Source of the DNA: an uncultured Candidatus Binatia bacterium
GTDB taxonomy: Bacteria; Desulfobacterota; Binatia; UBA9968; JAJDTQ01
DNA length: 64,000 nt
Direction: 5' to 3'
Assembly (NCBI GenBank): GCA_965215605.1
Contig: OZ244070.1
Coordinates: 704,001-768,000, forward strand
A program made the position numbers and the translations under genes. The notes under the pieces were generated by a model that searched no databases, had not been told where the DNA came from, and saw only the letters and a list, made by a program, of their open reading frames with translations. Every line of letters begins with the position of its first letter. Position 1 is the stretch's first letter. Below are positions 19,620 to 29,066 of this stretch, in pieces.

Positions 19620-21035
19620 ATGACGATCGAGGATGTTCAGAAACTGATTTCAGACAACAACGTACAGCGTGTCGACCTCCTGGTCACCGACCTTATCGGC
19701 CGTTGGCAACACTTCTCGATACCTCCTTCCAAAGTGAAGGAGAGTCTCGTCGAACGCGGCCAGGGCTTCGACGGCTCCAGCCTGCGCGGCTTCCAGTCCA
19801 TCGACCAGTCCGACATGCTGCTGGTTCCGGATCTGGACACCGCCCGGATCGATCCGGTGGAGCCGAAGCCGTCGCTCAAGCTCATCTGTGACGTCGTCGA
19901 CCCGGTGAACGGGGATCGCTACACCCGCGACCCGCGCTACGTCGCCACCAAGGCGGAAGCCCATCTCATCGCCTCGGGCATCGCCGACAAGGCGTTCTTC
20001 GGCCCGGAGCTCGAGTTCTTCGTGTTCGAGAACGTGCGCTTCGGCATGAAGCTCAACTCGTCCTTCCACATCGTCGACTCCAACGAGGCCGATTGGAACT
20101 CGGCCCGTGAGGAAGACGACCACAACCTGGGCTACAAGATCCCGCCCAAGCAGGGCTATTCCCCCGTTCCCCCGTTCGACCAGACCGCGGACCTGCGCTG
20201 GGAGATGGCGGAGAAGATGGAACAGGTCGGCCTCGAGTTCGAGGTCCACCACCACGAGGTGGCGACGGGCGGCCAGGGGGAGATCGCGACCCGTTTCCAG
20301 ACCCTGCGCCGGAAGGCCGACGAGACCCAGTGGTACAAGCACATCGTCCGCAACGTGGCCAGGGCCCACGGCAAGACCGCGACCTTCATGCCCAAGCCCC
20401 TGTTCGGCGACAACGGCAGCGGCATGCATGTGCATCAGTCACTGTGGCTCGGCGACACGCCACTCTTCTACGAGGCCGGCAGCTACGCCGAGCTGTCGGA
20501 GGTGGCTCGCCACTACATCGGCGGACTGCTCAAGCACAGCCCGTCCTTGCTGGCCTTGTGCGCCCCCACGACCAACTCCTACAAGCGTCTGGTCCCGGGC
20601 TTCGAAGCGCCGGTCTATCTGGCCTACTCGGCGCGCAACCGCTCGGCCGCGATCCGCATCCCCACCTACGAGACTTCGGCCGCCAGCAAACGCATCGAGT
20701 TTCGTCCTCCGGACCCTTCCGCCAACACGTACCTGGCCTTCTCCGCCATGTTGATGGCGGGCCTTGACGGCATACGCAACCGCATAGATCCGGGGGAGCC
20801 CACCGACACGGACATCTACGAGCTCTCCGCCGAAGAAGCCGCCATGATTCCTTCCGTTCCCACTTCCATGGAGGAAGCGGTAGCCGCCCTCGGAGTGGAC
20901 CACCAGTACCTGCTGGAGGGGGGAGTCTTCACGCAGGACGTCATCGACCACTACATCGCGTTCAAGGAGCAGGAATCGAGGGATGTCTTCATGCATCCCG
21001 TCCCGGCGGAGTTTTTCCACTACTACCACATCTAG
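19620..21035 (+). CDS. glnA: Glutamine synthetase type I
   Basis: FDGSSLRGF, GPELEFF, HHHEVA, MPKPLFGDNGSGMH, NRSAAIRIP, adenylylation-site-like DIY. Confidence 0.97.
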   Translation: MTIEDVQKLISDNNVQRVDLLVTDLIGRWQHFSIPPSKVKESLVERGQGFDGSSLRGFQSIDQSDMLLVPDLDTARIDPVEPKPSLKLICDVVDPVNGDRYTRDPRYVATKAEAHLIASGIADKAFFGPELEFFVFENVRFGMKLNSSFHIVDSNEADWNSAREEDDHNLGYKIPPKQGYSPVPPFDQTADLRWEMAEKMEQVGLEFEVHHHEVATGGQGEIATRFQTLRRKADETQWYKHIVRNVARAHGKTATFMPKPLFGDNGSGMHVHQSLWLGDTPLFYEAGSYAELSEVARHYIGGLLKHSPSLLALCAPTTNSYKRLVPGFEAPVYLAYSARNRSAAIRIPTYETSAASKRIEFRPPDPSANTYLAFSAMLMAGLDGIRNRIDPGEPTDTDIYELSAEEAAMIPSVPTSMEEAVAALGVDHQYLLEGGVFTQDVIDHYIAFKEQESRDVFMHPVPAEFFHYYHI

Positions 21036-21131
21036 CAGCATGGCCGGCCGGACAGGATCAGCGGAACCCTGGACCGGCCCATAGTTTGGAGGTTTGCAGG
21101 CGCATTCGATGAAACCGGAGGTACCGTAGAC

Positions 21132-22559
21132 ATGAGAAAGTACGGCATTCCCACAAACGTATTCGACCTCGGCGGACACTTCGGCCGCCTGGCCGTGGCG
21201 GGGGCACTCGCCGCGGCATTGGGGTTCTTCTGGTTGGCGACGGCGGCGGACGCCGCCCTGGACAAGGAGGCGCAGTTCGTTCTGAACACGTTCTCCTTCC
21301 TTATCTGGGGCGCCCTGGTGATGTGGATGTGCGCGGGCTTCACCATGCTCGAGTCCGGCTCGGTGCGGACGAAGAACGTGTCCATGATCTGCCTCAAGAA
21401 CATGGGCCTCTACGCCATCGCCGGGATCATGTACTTCTTCATCGGCTACAACCTGATGTACGTGGAGGTGGGCAGCTTCATCGGCACCTTCACTCCTTTC
21501 TACGGACCCACGGCCGAGGAAGTCGCGCTGTTGTCCGCAACGGATCAGACGAGGGCGGCGGCAACCGAGGCGGTGATCAAGTCCGACTACGCGACGATGT
21601 CGGACTGGTTCTTCCAGATGGTGTTCGTGGCCACCACCGCCTCCATCGTTTCCGGAACGCTGGCGGAACGCGTGAAGCTCTGGAGCTTCTTCGTGTTCAT
21701 CGTCCTTCTGACGGGCGTCTTGTACCCCATCGTCGGCGCCTGGACCTGGGGCGGCGGATGGCTGGGCGCCATGGGCTTCAAGGACTTCGCCGGCTCCACC
21801 ATCGTCCATTCCACCGGCGGCTGGGCCGCCCTGGCGGGCGCCATCGTGGTGGGGGCCCGGCGCGGCAAGTTCCGTGCCGACGGCAGCGTCAAGGCCACGC
21901 CTCCTTCCAACATCCCCATTGTCACCCTGGGCGTCTTCATCCTGTGGTTCGGGTGGTTCGGGTTTAACGGCGGATCGCAACTGGCCCTGGGCGGCGCCGC
22001 CGATGCGGTGGCCATCAGCCACATCCTGGTCAACACCAACCTGGCCGGGGCCGCGGGGTTTCTGGTCGCCCTCGTGATCGAGCGGCCCCTGCTCGGGCGC
22101 ATCGACCTGATGGCGGGCCTCAACGGCGCCCTGGCGGGCCTGGTATCCATTACCGCGGGACCCGACTTCGCCAGCCACTACTGGGCGGTGATCATCGGCG
22201 CGGTCGGCGGCGGCATCTGCGTGGCCGGCTTGAGGCTGCTGGACCTGCTCAAGGTGGACGACGTCGTCGGCGCCATTCCGGTCCACCTGTTCGCGGGCAT
22301 CTGGGGGACCCTTGCCACCTGCATCGTGGCCGGCGGACACTTCGGCGTGCAACTGCTCGGAGTGGTGGCCGTCGGCATCTTCGTGTTCGCGGCGTCGTGG
22401 CTGACCTGGATGGCGCTGAAGCAGGTCTTGGGAGCGCGGGTATCGCTGTCGGTGGAGGAGCTCGGACAGGACGCCGGGGAGCTGGGCATCGAAGCCTACC
22501 CCGAATTCGTGGTCATGCCCGATCCCGACGACGTCGACGCGCTCCGCAACAGCGGCTGA
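21132..22559 (+). CDS. amtB: Ammonium transporter
   Basis: FFQMVF, SGTLAER, DFAGSTIVH, WFGWFGFNGGS, DDVVGAIPVH (twin His). Confidence 0.96.
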   Translation: MRKYGIPTNVFDLGGHFGRLAVAGALAAALGFFWLATAADAALDKEAQFVLNTFSFLIWGALVMWMCAGFTMLESGSVRTKNVSMICLKNMGLYAIAGIMYFFIGYNLMYVEVGSFIGTFTPFYGPTAEEVALLSATDQTRAAATEAVIKSDYATMSDWFFQMVFVATTASIVSGTLAERVKLWSFFVFIVLLTGVLYPIVGAWTWGGGWLGAMGFKDFAGSTIVHSTGGWAALAGAIVVGARRGKFRADGSVKATPPSNIPIVTLGVFILWFGWFGFNGGSQLALGGAADAVAISHILVNTNLAGAAGFLVALVIERPLLGRIDLMAGLNGALAGLVSITAGPDFASHYWAVIIGAVGGGICVAGLRLLDLLKVDDVVGAIPVHLFAGIWGTLATCIVAGGHFGVQLLGVVAVGIFVFAASWLTWMALKQVLGARVSLSVEELGQDAGELGIEAYPEFVVMPDPDDVDALRNSG

Positions 22560-22569
22560 ACTGCCAAGT

Positions 22570-22608
22570 GGGTTGCCAGCCGGGACTGTCGGCCCCGGCT
22601 GGCAACCC
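22570..22608. terminator. 15-bp hairpin between convergent amtB and histidine kinase
   Basis: GGGTTGCCAGCCGGG-N9-CCCGGCTGGCAACCC. Confidence 0.7.
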
Positions 22609-22653
22609 GGCGCCGACAAAACACCTTGACCCGACAAACGGGGATCAGCCCGG

Positions 22654-24810
22654 CTAAACGTCGGCGGATGCCGAGCCGTCGGCCGGGATGGTGATCCAGA
22701 ACTCCGCGAACACGCCCGGCTCCGAGTTCACGCCCATAAGGCCTCCGTGCTGGGACACGATGTCCTGGGACAGGGACAGTCCGAGTCCTGTGCCTTCTCC
22801 GGTGGGTTTGGTGGTGACGAAAGGCTCGAATATCTTCTTGATCATGTCCGGGGAAATTCCGGGTCCGTTGTCCCAGATCCGGAACTCCACCTGATTGCCT
22901 TCGAGCCGGCTGAACAACCGGATCCGCGGCTCATAGGCGGCGCCCTCCGACTTGGCCCGTTCGAAGGTCGCATGACAGGCGTTGGTCACGAGATTGAGGA
23001 AGACGCGGCTCAAGTCCTGGGGCACGACCTCGATCTCTCCTATCTGGCCGTCCATTTCCTCTTCCCAGGTCACGTTGAACTGCTGATCCTTGGCGCGCAT
23101 GGCGTGGTAGGCGAGATCGGCATACTGCTTGAGCAGCGCGTTCAGGTCCACCGCGCGCCGTTCGCCGGACTGAGCCCGTGAGTGGTCCAGCATGCTGCGT
23201 ACGATGCCGTCGGCGCGCTTGCCGTGCTGGTTGATCTTCTCGAGATTGGCGGTCAAGTCGCCGAGGATCCCCTCGATCTCGTCCCGGGCGTCGTCGGGGA
23301 CCTGCTCACGGATCTCACCCAACACCTCCCGGGCCTCCTCGATCAACTCGCCGGAAACCTCGGAGAAGTTGTTCACGAAATTGAGAGGGTTCTTAATCTC
23401 GTGGGCGATACCGGCGGTGAGCTGTCCCAGCGACGCCAACTTCTCCTGCATGACGACCTGGTGCTGGGCGGTCTTCAAATCCTCGAGCGTCTGCTCCAGC
23501 TCGACGTTCTTCTCCTGCAACTCGTCGGCGAGCTTCTCCACCAGATTGAGCCGCTGCACCTCCAGGGCGTGCTTCCGGAACACTTCCAGAGCATCCGCCA
23601 TGTCGTTCACCTCGTCGTTGCCCCGGACCTCCACGGGCACCTCGAGGTTGCCCTCGGCCATGGAACGCATGGACGCGGCCAGTCCGGTCAGGCGGCGGAT
23701 CAGGTAGCGGCCGACGAAGATCCAACCGAGCGCGACCACCCCGATCACGTTCACCACGTTGAGGACCACCAGCACGATCATGCTCGTGTTCACGGCCGAC
23801 GTGGAGGCGTTGCTGGCTTCGTCCGCCTGACGGTCCGCCACCGCCACCACCCTATCCATGGCCGCCAGCAGTCTGGACGCGGTGGCCCGGTTCTCCTCGA
23901 TGTAGCGGTTCTCCAACTCCGCTTCTCTCAGGATGGCTTCCTGAATGCTGAATATCCCCTCGGGACCCTCCCCCAAAGACTTGAGCCGTTCGAACTCGAA
24001 GTCGAGCATCCGGGTGGGAGAAGCACGGGACTCGGAGGACCGGAACGCGCGCTCGAACGAGCCGAGGGCGGCGTTGTAGCGCTCCCGGAGAGGCTGGATC
24101 AGGGTCCGGTCGTTCAGCACCGTGGCCTCCGCCAGCAGCCTCGCGGCAAGGTTGGCCTGGGTATGCAGGGTCAGCAGATCCCGATAGCGCACCAGCTCCG
24201 CGTAGGACGTGCGCTCCCCCGGAGGCACCGGCCGGTCGTGGATCGCCCTTAGCCCGGTGGCGAGAAAGAACTGCTGATCGTCGATCTCCGGTACCAGAAT
24301 ACGATCGATCTGCCGGGTCATGGCCAGGATCTCGGCTTCGCGGGCATCCAGCCGCCGCTGGGTCTCCCGCCGTAGCGACGAAGACTGCTCGATCTTCTCC
24401 AGCGTGGTGGCCAGGGCGCCCGAAAGGGTACGGAGGGCGAGCGCCTGTTCCTGATTTTCCAGCGACTCGCGCACCCGGAGCTCGTCGATCAGCTTGTCGA
24501 GCAGTTCGCGGTCCTTGGCGATGGCCGCCTTGACCTCGGCGAGCTCGGCTTCGGAGGAGGCGGAAACGAGGCGCGGTGCCGCGTCGACCAGAGCCGAGCT
24601 CGCCTGCGCGGCGCGGATGGCAGCCACCAGGGTGGGGACGCTCTGCTCGGTAATGTAACGCTGTGAATTGCTCACGACCCCGAAAGCCACCAGGGCCACG
24701 GCGCTGGCTGCCAGCATCAGCAGCACTCCGGCGCCGAAAGCGACATACATCTTGGCGCCGAGGCCGATACGCCAGCGCTCCACCCGCTTGAAGAGGTCTG
24801 CGAGACTCAC
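22654..24810 (-). CDS. Membrane sensor histidine kinase (large periplasmic helical domain, HAMP, HisKA, HATPase)
   Basis: Two TM segments, HAMP (EGNL...NDEVNDMA), H-box GIAHEIKNPLNF, DNGPG, FEPFVTTK, GTGLGL. Confidence 0.92.
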   Translation of the reverse strand: MSLADLFKRVERWRIGLGAKMYVAFGAGVLLMLAASAVALVAFGVVSNSQRYITEQSVPTLVAAIRAAQASSALVDAAPRLVSASSEAELAEVKAAIAKDRELLDKLIDELRVRESLENQEQALALRTLSGALATTLEKIEQSSSLRRETQRRLDAREAEILAMTRQIDRILVPEIDDQQFFLATGLRAIHDRPVPPGERTSYAELVRYRDLLTLHTQANLAARLLAEATVLNDRTLIQPLRERYNAALGSFERAFRSSESRASPTRMLDFEFERLKSLGEGPEGIFSIQEAILREAELENRYIEENRATASRLLAAMDRVVAVADRQADEASNASTSAVNTSMIVLVVLNVVNVIGVVALGWIFVGRYLIRRLTGLAASMRSMAEGNLEVPVEVRGNDEVNDMADALEVFRKHALEVQRLNLVEKLADELQEKNVELEQTLEDLKTAQHQVVMQEKLASLGQLTAGIAHEIKNPLNFVNNFSEVSGELIEEAREVLGEIREQVPDDARDEIEGILGDLTANLEKINQHGKRADGIVRSMLDHSRAQSGERRAVDLNALLKQYADLAYHAMRAKDQQFNVTWEEEMDGQIGEIEVVPQDLSRVFLNLVTNACHATFERAKSEGAAYEPRIRLFSRLEGNQVEFRIWDNGPGISPDMIKKIFEPFVTTKPTGEGTGLGLSLSQDIVSQHGGLMGVNSEPGVFAEFWITIPADGSASADV

Positions 24811-26009
24811 GGCCGCTCCAGGCGCTGGATCGAACGAAACCGCTCGGAGTCGTCGATCACGGTCAGATAGACCCGATCGGAGCCCTGGTTGTCCGCTTCC
24901 CCGTAGAGCAGCATGAAGCCGCCCAGATCCATGTTGCCGGCCTTCTGGAGGGCGGCAATGAACCCCTTGCGGGTGAGCCCGGGTCCCGCCCGGCGAAGCG
25001 CCTCCACCGCCACCCGGCCCGTCAGGTATCCTTCGAGTGAAACGAAGCCGGGCTCCGCGTCCGGGGCCACGGCGTGAAGGGACTCATGGTATCGGGCGAC
25101 TACGGGAATCCGCTTGTCGTGGGGGAAAGGCACCACCTGGGTGACGATGATGTCCTTGCCCGAAGAGCCCAGGGCCTTGGCCAGCGCCGAGCTTCCGACG
25201 AAGGAGATGTTCACGAAGACAGGGTTGAAACCGAGGCGCCGGGACCACTTGATGAACGTGGCCACCGGCTGGTAGGCGCCCACGATGATGACCGCCTCGG
25301 GGTTGCCCAGCCTGAGGTCCAGTACCGCGGTCTTGACGGCCCGGGTGTTGCGCGGATAGGTGGCCTCCGCGGCCAGCGTCATGCCGCGACGTTGCAGCGC
25401 CTGGAGCGTGCCCGAGAGCCCCGCGCGGCCGTAGGAGTCGTCCTGATATAGGATGCCGATGCGTTCCACCCCCAGGTCACGAGTAAGCCGCTCCACCATC
25501 TCTTCGGTCTCCTGATAATAGGAGGCGCGTACGTTGATGACCGTGGGCCGTTTGCGCGCGTCGCGGAGGAACTCCGCGCCGGTGAAAGCGCCCACGTAGG
25601 GAACGCCGGCTTCCGTCGCGATGGGCTCCGCCGCCTTCGAGGTCGGCGTCCCCACGGCGCCAATCAGCGCAAAGACATGCTGTTCGTTGATAAGGAGGTG
25701 GGTATTGGCGATGGCCGCCTCGGGCTCGTAACGGTCGTCGAGGGTGTTGAGACGCAACTGCCGGCCGTGGATGCCGCCGGCTCGATTCGCTTCCTCGAAA
25801 GCGGCCGTGATGCCCAGCCGCATCCCTTTGCCCAAGGCCTTGGCGGGCCCGCTCAGGGCACAGGACTGGCCGAAAATGACGCTGGACGGACCGATGCCCG
25901 GTGTGAGGGAACCCGGCGGCGGTGTCTGTGCGGTGGATTGCGGAACGGCGGCCAACACCGTCATCGCCACCAACAAGGGCACGACAGCGAACCGCGCGAA
26001 GACGTACAC
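24807..26009 (-). CDS. Type 1 periplasmic ligand-binding protein (LivJ-like)
   Basis: Signal peptide, ANRAGGIHGRQL...DDRYEP, GAVGTPT, NVRASY. Confidence 0.88.
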   Translation of the reverse strand: MYVFARFAVVPLLVAMTVLAAVPQSTAQTPPPGSLTPGIGPSSVIFGQSCALSGPAKALGKGMRLGITAAFEEANRAGGIHGRQLRLNTLDDRYEPEAAIANTHLLINEQHVFALIGAVGTPTSKAAEPIATEAGVPYVGAFTGAEFLRDARKRPTVINVRASYYQETEEMVERLTRDLGVERIGILYQDDSYGRAGLSGTLQALQRRGMTLAAEATYPRNTRAVKTAVLDLRLGNPEAVIIVGAYQPVATFIKWSRRLGFNPVFVNISFVGSSALAKALGSSGKDIIVTQVVPFPHDKRIPVVARYHESLHAVAPDAEPGFVSLEGYLTGRVAVEALRRAGPGLTRKGFIAALQKAGNMDLGGFMLLYGEADNQGSDRVYLTVIDDSERFRSIQRLERP

Positions 26010-26021
26010 GGACTTCAGTTC

Positions 26022-27230
26022 CTAGCTTCCGTGATAACGCAGGGCCACGCAGGTGATATCGTCCGACTGCGGATTCTCGCCCGCGAACTCCCGCACATGA
26101 TCCAGCACCCGCGAAGTCACCTCGGCGCAGTCGGCCTGATCGATCCTGGCAAGCAAGGCGTCGAGTCGTCCTTCGCCGAACTCCTCCGAGCCCGGCGCCT
26201 CGGCCTCGGTGACGCCATCCGTGTAGAGGAACAGCGTGTCCTCGGCCTGGAGTTGGAAGGAATCGCGTTTGAACACATGGCCGGGAAGCACTCCCAGCGC
26301 CACGTCGTGCGTGGTGGGCAGGGGCGCGACTTCACCGTCCCTGTGCACCACCCTCGGCGGATTGTGTCCCCCGTTGCAATAGTGGAAGACGCCGCTCCCG
26401 GTGTCGAGCACGCCGTAGAAGAGGGTGACGAACATGCAGTTGTCGTTGTCCTCGGACAGCAGGTCGTTGACATAGCCCAGGCACTGGTCGGGTGTCCCAC
26501 CCTCCAGGGCCCGGCTCCGGAGCAAAGTGCGGCAAGCCATCATGAAAAGCGCGGCGGGGATGCCCTTGCCCGACACGTCGCCGATGGCCACGCCGATCCT
26601 GTCCCCCTCCAGAGTGAAGAAATCGTAGAAGTCGCCGCCCACCTCCTTGGCCGGGATCATCAGGCCGTGGGTCTTGTAACGGTCGGTGGCAGGAAAGCTC
26701 CGGGGCAACACCGAAGCCTGCATGTCCCTGGCCACATCCAGCTCATGGCTGAGGGCCACCAACTGGTCCCGGTTGGACAGCGCCTCACGCACCAAGGCCA
26801 GGTGCTTGAGGGTCTTGTCGATGGTGATCTCGAGGTCGGTGAAGTCAATGGGCTTGGTGACGAAATCGAACGCGCCCCGGTTCATGGCGGTCCGAATGTT
26901 GTCCATGTCGCCGTAGGCGGACACGATGACGGAACGGATGTTGGGCTTGGTCTCGCTGAGTTGCTTGAGCAGGGCGAGGCCATCCATCACCGGCATGTTG
27001 ATGTCGGAAATGACCATCGCGATGTCGTCATCGTCGTCGAGCATGGCGATGGCCTCTTTGCCGTTGTGGGCAAAATCGAACACCAGCTCGTTCCGGCGGA
27101 TACGCCGGCGAAACTTTTGAAGCATCAGGGCTTCAAGGTCCACCTCATCGTCCACCACCAGAATCTTGATGGGTTCACCAGCGGACGACAAAACGGCCTC
27201 CGCTATCGCTGCTTCCAACTCATCCGGCAT
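26022..27230 (-). CDS. Response regulator receiver + PP2C/SpoIIE phosphatase (RsbU/RsbP-like)
   Basis: ILVVDDE, SDINMPVMDG, FVTKP; VGGDFYD, GDVSGKG, YTDGVTEA, QSDDIT; start at ATG 27230. Confidence 0.92.
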   Translation of the reverse strand: MPDELEAAIAEAVLSSAGEPIKILVVDDEVDLEALMLQKFRRRIRRNELVFDFAHNGKEAIAMLDDDDDIAMVISDINMPVMDGLALLKQLSETKPNIRSVIVSAYGDMDNIRTAMNRGAFDFVTKPIDFTDLEITIDKTLKHLALVREALSNRDQLVALSHELDVARDMQASVLPRSFPATDRYKTHGLMIPAKEVGGDFYDFFTLEGDRIGVAIGDVSGKGIPAALFMMACRTLLRSRALEGGTPDQCLGYVNDLLSEDNDNCMFVTLFYGVLDTGSGVFHYCNGGHNPPRVVHRDGEVAPLPTTHDVALGVLPGHVFKRDSFQLQAEDTLFLYTDGVTEAEAPGSEEFGEGRLDALLARIDQADCAEVTSRVLDHVREFAGENPQSDDITCVALRYHGS

Positions 27231-27573
27231 CGATCGCGTCCTGACGCGTGGGGTGGATGGCGAGGATCTCACTGAAGCCGCTGATCTTGAACACCTCGGC
27301 AATATGGTCTCGCATGGCACAGAGGACGATCTTCCTGCCGCTGGCCTGGAGCTGCTTGGCGGCAAGCAACAGGACCCGGAGCCCGGCGCTGCTGATGTAT
27401 TCGATGTTCTCGAAATCCACCACCAGCGAACCCTTCCCTTCCTCGATCAACTTCAGAAGAGCCTCCTGGAACGGGCTGGCCGTACTGCCGTCGATGCGGC
27501 CGGTGGGAGTTACGATCGTGGTATCGCCGTCCTTATCCATACTGAGATCCAAAACGCTTCCGTTTGCCATCAA
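27220..27573 (-). CDS. STAS-domain anti-anti-sigma factor (RsbV-like)
   Basis: GRID, YISSAGLRVLL (phospho-Ser), VFKISGF. Confidence 0.92.
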   Translation of the reverse strand: MMANGSVLDLSMDKDGDTTIVTPTGRIDGSTASPFQEALLKLIEEGKGSLVVDFENIEYISSAGLRVLLLAAKQLQASGRKIVLCAMRDHIAEVFKISGFSEILAIHPTRQDAIDAG

Positions 27574-28010
27574 CTGTCTCCTTTCACAGGTGCACGCAGG
27601 GTAATACGGTTGAACCCATCGGTGCGTTGGTAGTCGGGATTCGGAAACAGGGTCTTGGTCAGGAAAACGCCGAGACCACCGATGGGCCGGTCGTCGAGCG
27701 CCGCATGTATGTCCGGCTCCGCGGCTTCCTCGAACGGGTTGAAAGGGATCCCCGTGTCATCCAGTTGCGCGACGACCTCGTCCTCCTCGATGCGCAACTC
27801 GACCCGGAGTTCCTGTCGCTCCGCCTCGACTAAACCGTACGATATGGTGTTGGTCGCCAACTCGTCCAAGGCCAAGCTCAAATTGTGGATATGCGCTTGT
27901 GAAAGGCCGTTGGCTTCTCCGAAGCGCGCCACGGCCTCGGCCAACTCCTTGAGGGCGGACGAGAGTTCCGGCTCGAGGTCGAGCGAAAGACGGGGAAGCG
28001 CTGCCTTCAT
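27570..28010 (-). CDS. Anti-sigma factor/Ser kinase (RsbW-like HATPase)
   Basis: LALDELATNTISYG, DTGIPFNP, IGGLGVFL. Confidence 0.9.
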   Translation of the reverse strand: MKAALPRLSLDLEPELSSALKELAEAVARFGEANGLSQAHIHNLSLALDELATNTISYGLVEAERQELRVELRIEEDEVVAQLDDTGIPFNPFEEAAEPDIHAALDDRPIGGLGVFLTKTLFPNPDYQRTDGFNRITLRAPVKGDS

Positions 28011-28151
28011 GAGGCCTATCCCGAGCCAATGGCGTCAGTCATGCCGGAACTTGCCATCAGTTTGACCGATCAGTGAAAGACCCTCGCAAAAAAAAGAGCG
28101 GTCCGGGCTCACCCGCCTGCCGCATCCACGCCACCCCGGAAAACGCCACAA

Positions 28152-28181
28152 ATGATAGTCGATGGAACGACGCCGTGTCAA
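28152..28181 (-). promoter_or_regulatory. Sigma70 promoter of the partner-switching operon
   Basis: Minus strand TTGACA-N18-TATCAT. Confidence 0.6.
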
Positions 28182-28288
28182 CTGTGTGCCTTTGACCGCG
28201 CTGTCCCCTTTGACGGATGGAAACTGCCTGTGAAACAAGCAACGTGACAACGACCGGTGTACGGATGGTGGAACCGCCCAGAGGAGCA

Positions 28289-28780
28289 CTACGGCTTGCG
28301 GATGCTCTCCGTGTTCACCCAACGCACCAGCGCCTTGTCAGGGTCGGCGATCTCCTCCACCGACGCATACCAGTAGGCTTGCCACCCGGCCTCCGGAAGG
28401 CCGCTGAACACCATCAGGTTCAAGGGATACGCCTCGCTGTCCGTGCAGCGGCGAAAGTCGTCCCGGAAGAGAAAGACCGGCTTCTGCCAGGCAACGGCCA
28501 TGCCCAGCTCGACCATCACCCCCTCGTCCGGAGGGCAGCCGTTGACCACGGCGAACAAGCCGTCCGCTTCGCGCACGTCGCTCAGGTCGGCCTGTCCGAT
28601 GCGGTACGCCCAGCCGGCCTCGGCCTTGTCCACCTGGTTATTGCGCGCGAACGGCTCCCACACCTCTACCCCCAGCGCTTCCAGCGCCGCGACCAGCGTT
28701 GGCAGCGGACCCTCGCGCTGCTGCGACGAGAAGCCGTAGGGATTGGCGAGGTAAAGGGTCTTCTTGGAAGGCTGGTTCAT
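28289..28780 (-). CDS. Nucleoside 2-deoxyribosyltransferase family protein
   Basis: LYLANPYGF, VWEPF, DLSDVREADG, DEGVMVELGMA, NLM; ATG at 28780. Confidence 0.85.
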   Translation of the reverse strand: MNQPSKKTLYLANPYGFSSQQREGPLPTLVAALEALGVEVWEPFARNNQVDKAEAGWAYRIGQADLSDVREADGLFAVVNGCPPDEGVMVELGMAVAWQKPVFLFRDDFRRCTDSEAYPLNLMVFSGLPEAGWQAYWYASVEEIADPDKALVRWVNTESIRKP

Positions 28781-28829
28781 CGGAGCATCATGAAGGTTGA
28801 TAGAGGTAGAGTGACGATCCGCGGATCGT

Positions 28830-29000
28830 CCGATTTGCCGTGGTCCTCGAACTACGACAATCGGCGCCACATCGGCATCGAGGCGCCGGCGAATCTGCCC
28901 CACCAAGTGGCGTCGGGTGGGCGGCTGTACCGGCATGGCCTCGCCCTCCCACCACGGATTGAAACGCCGCACGTTGTCCACGAGGGCGGGAGGGAGGTCG
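28830..29000 (-). pseudogene. N-terminal remnant of an AAA_14/DUF4143-type ATPase
   Basis: FNPWW...VVVRGPRQIG: Walker A broken before GKT, in frame with the NDT gene. Confidence 0.65.
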
Positions 29001-29066
29001 GAGTCTGCCGTAGTATCTTCCACACCGTGAAACAGTGCTGGCGGCTCGTCGCCTCGCGAGCCCGGC

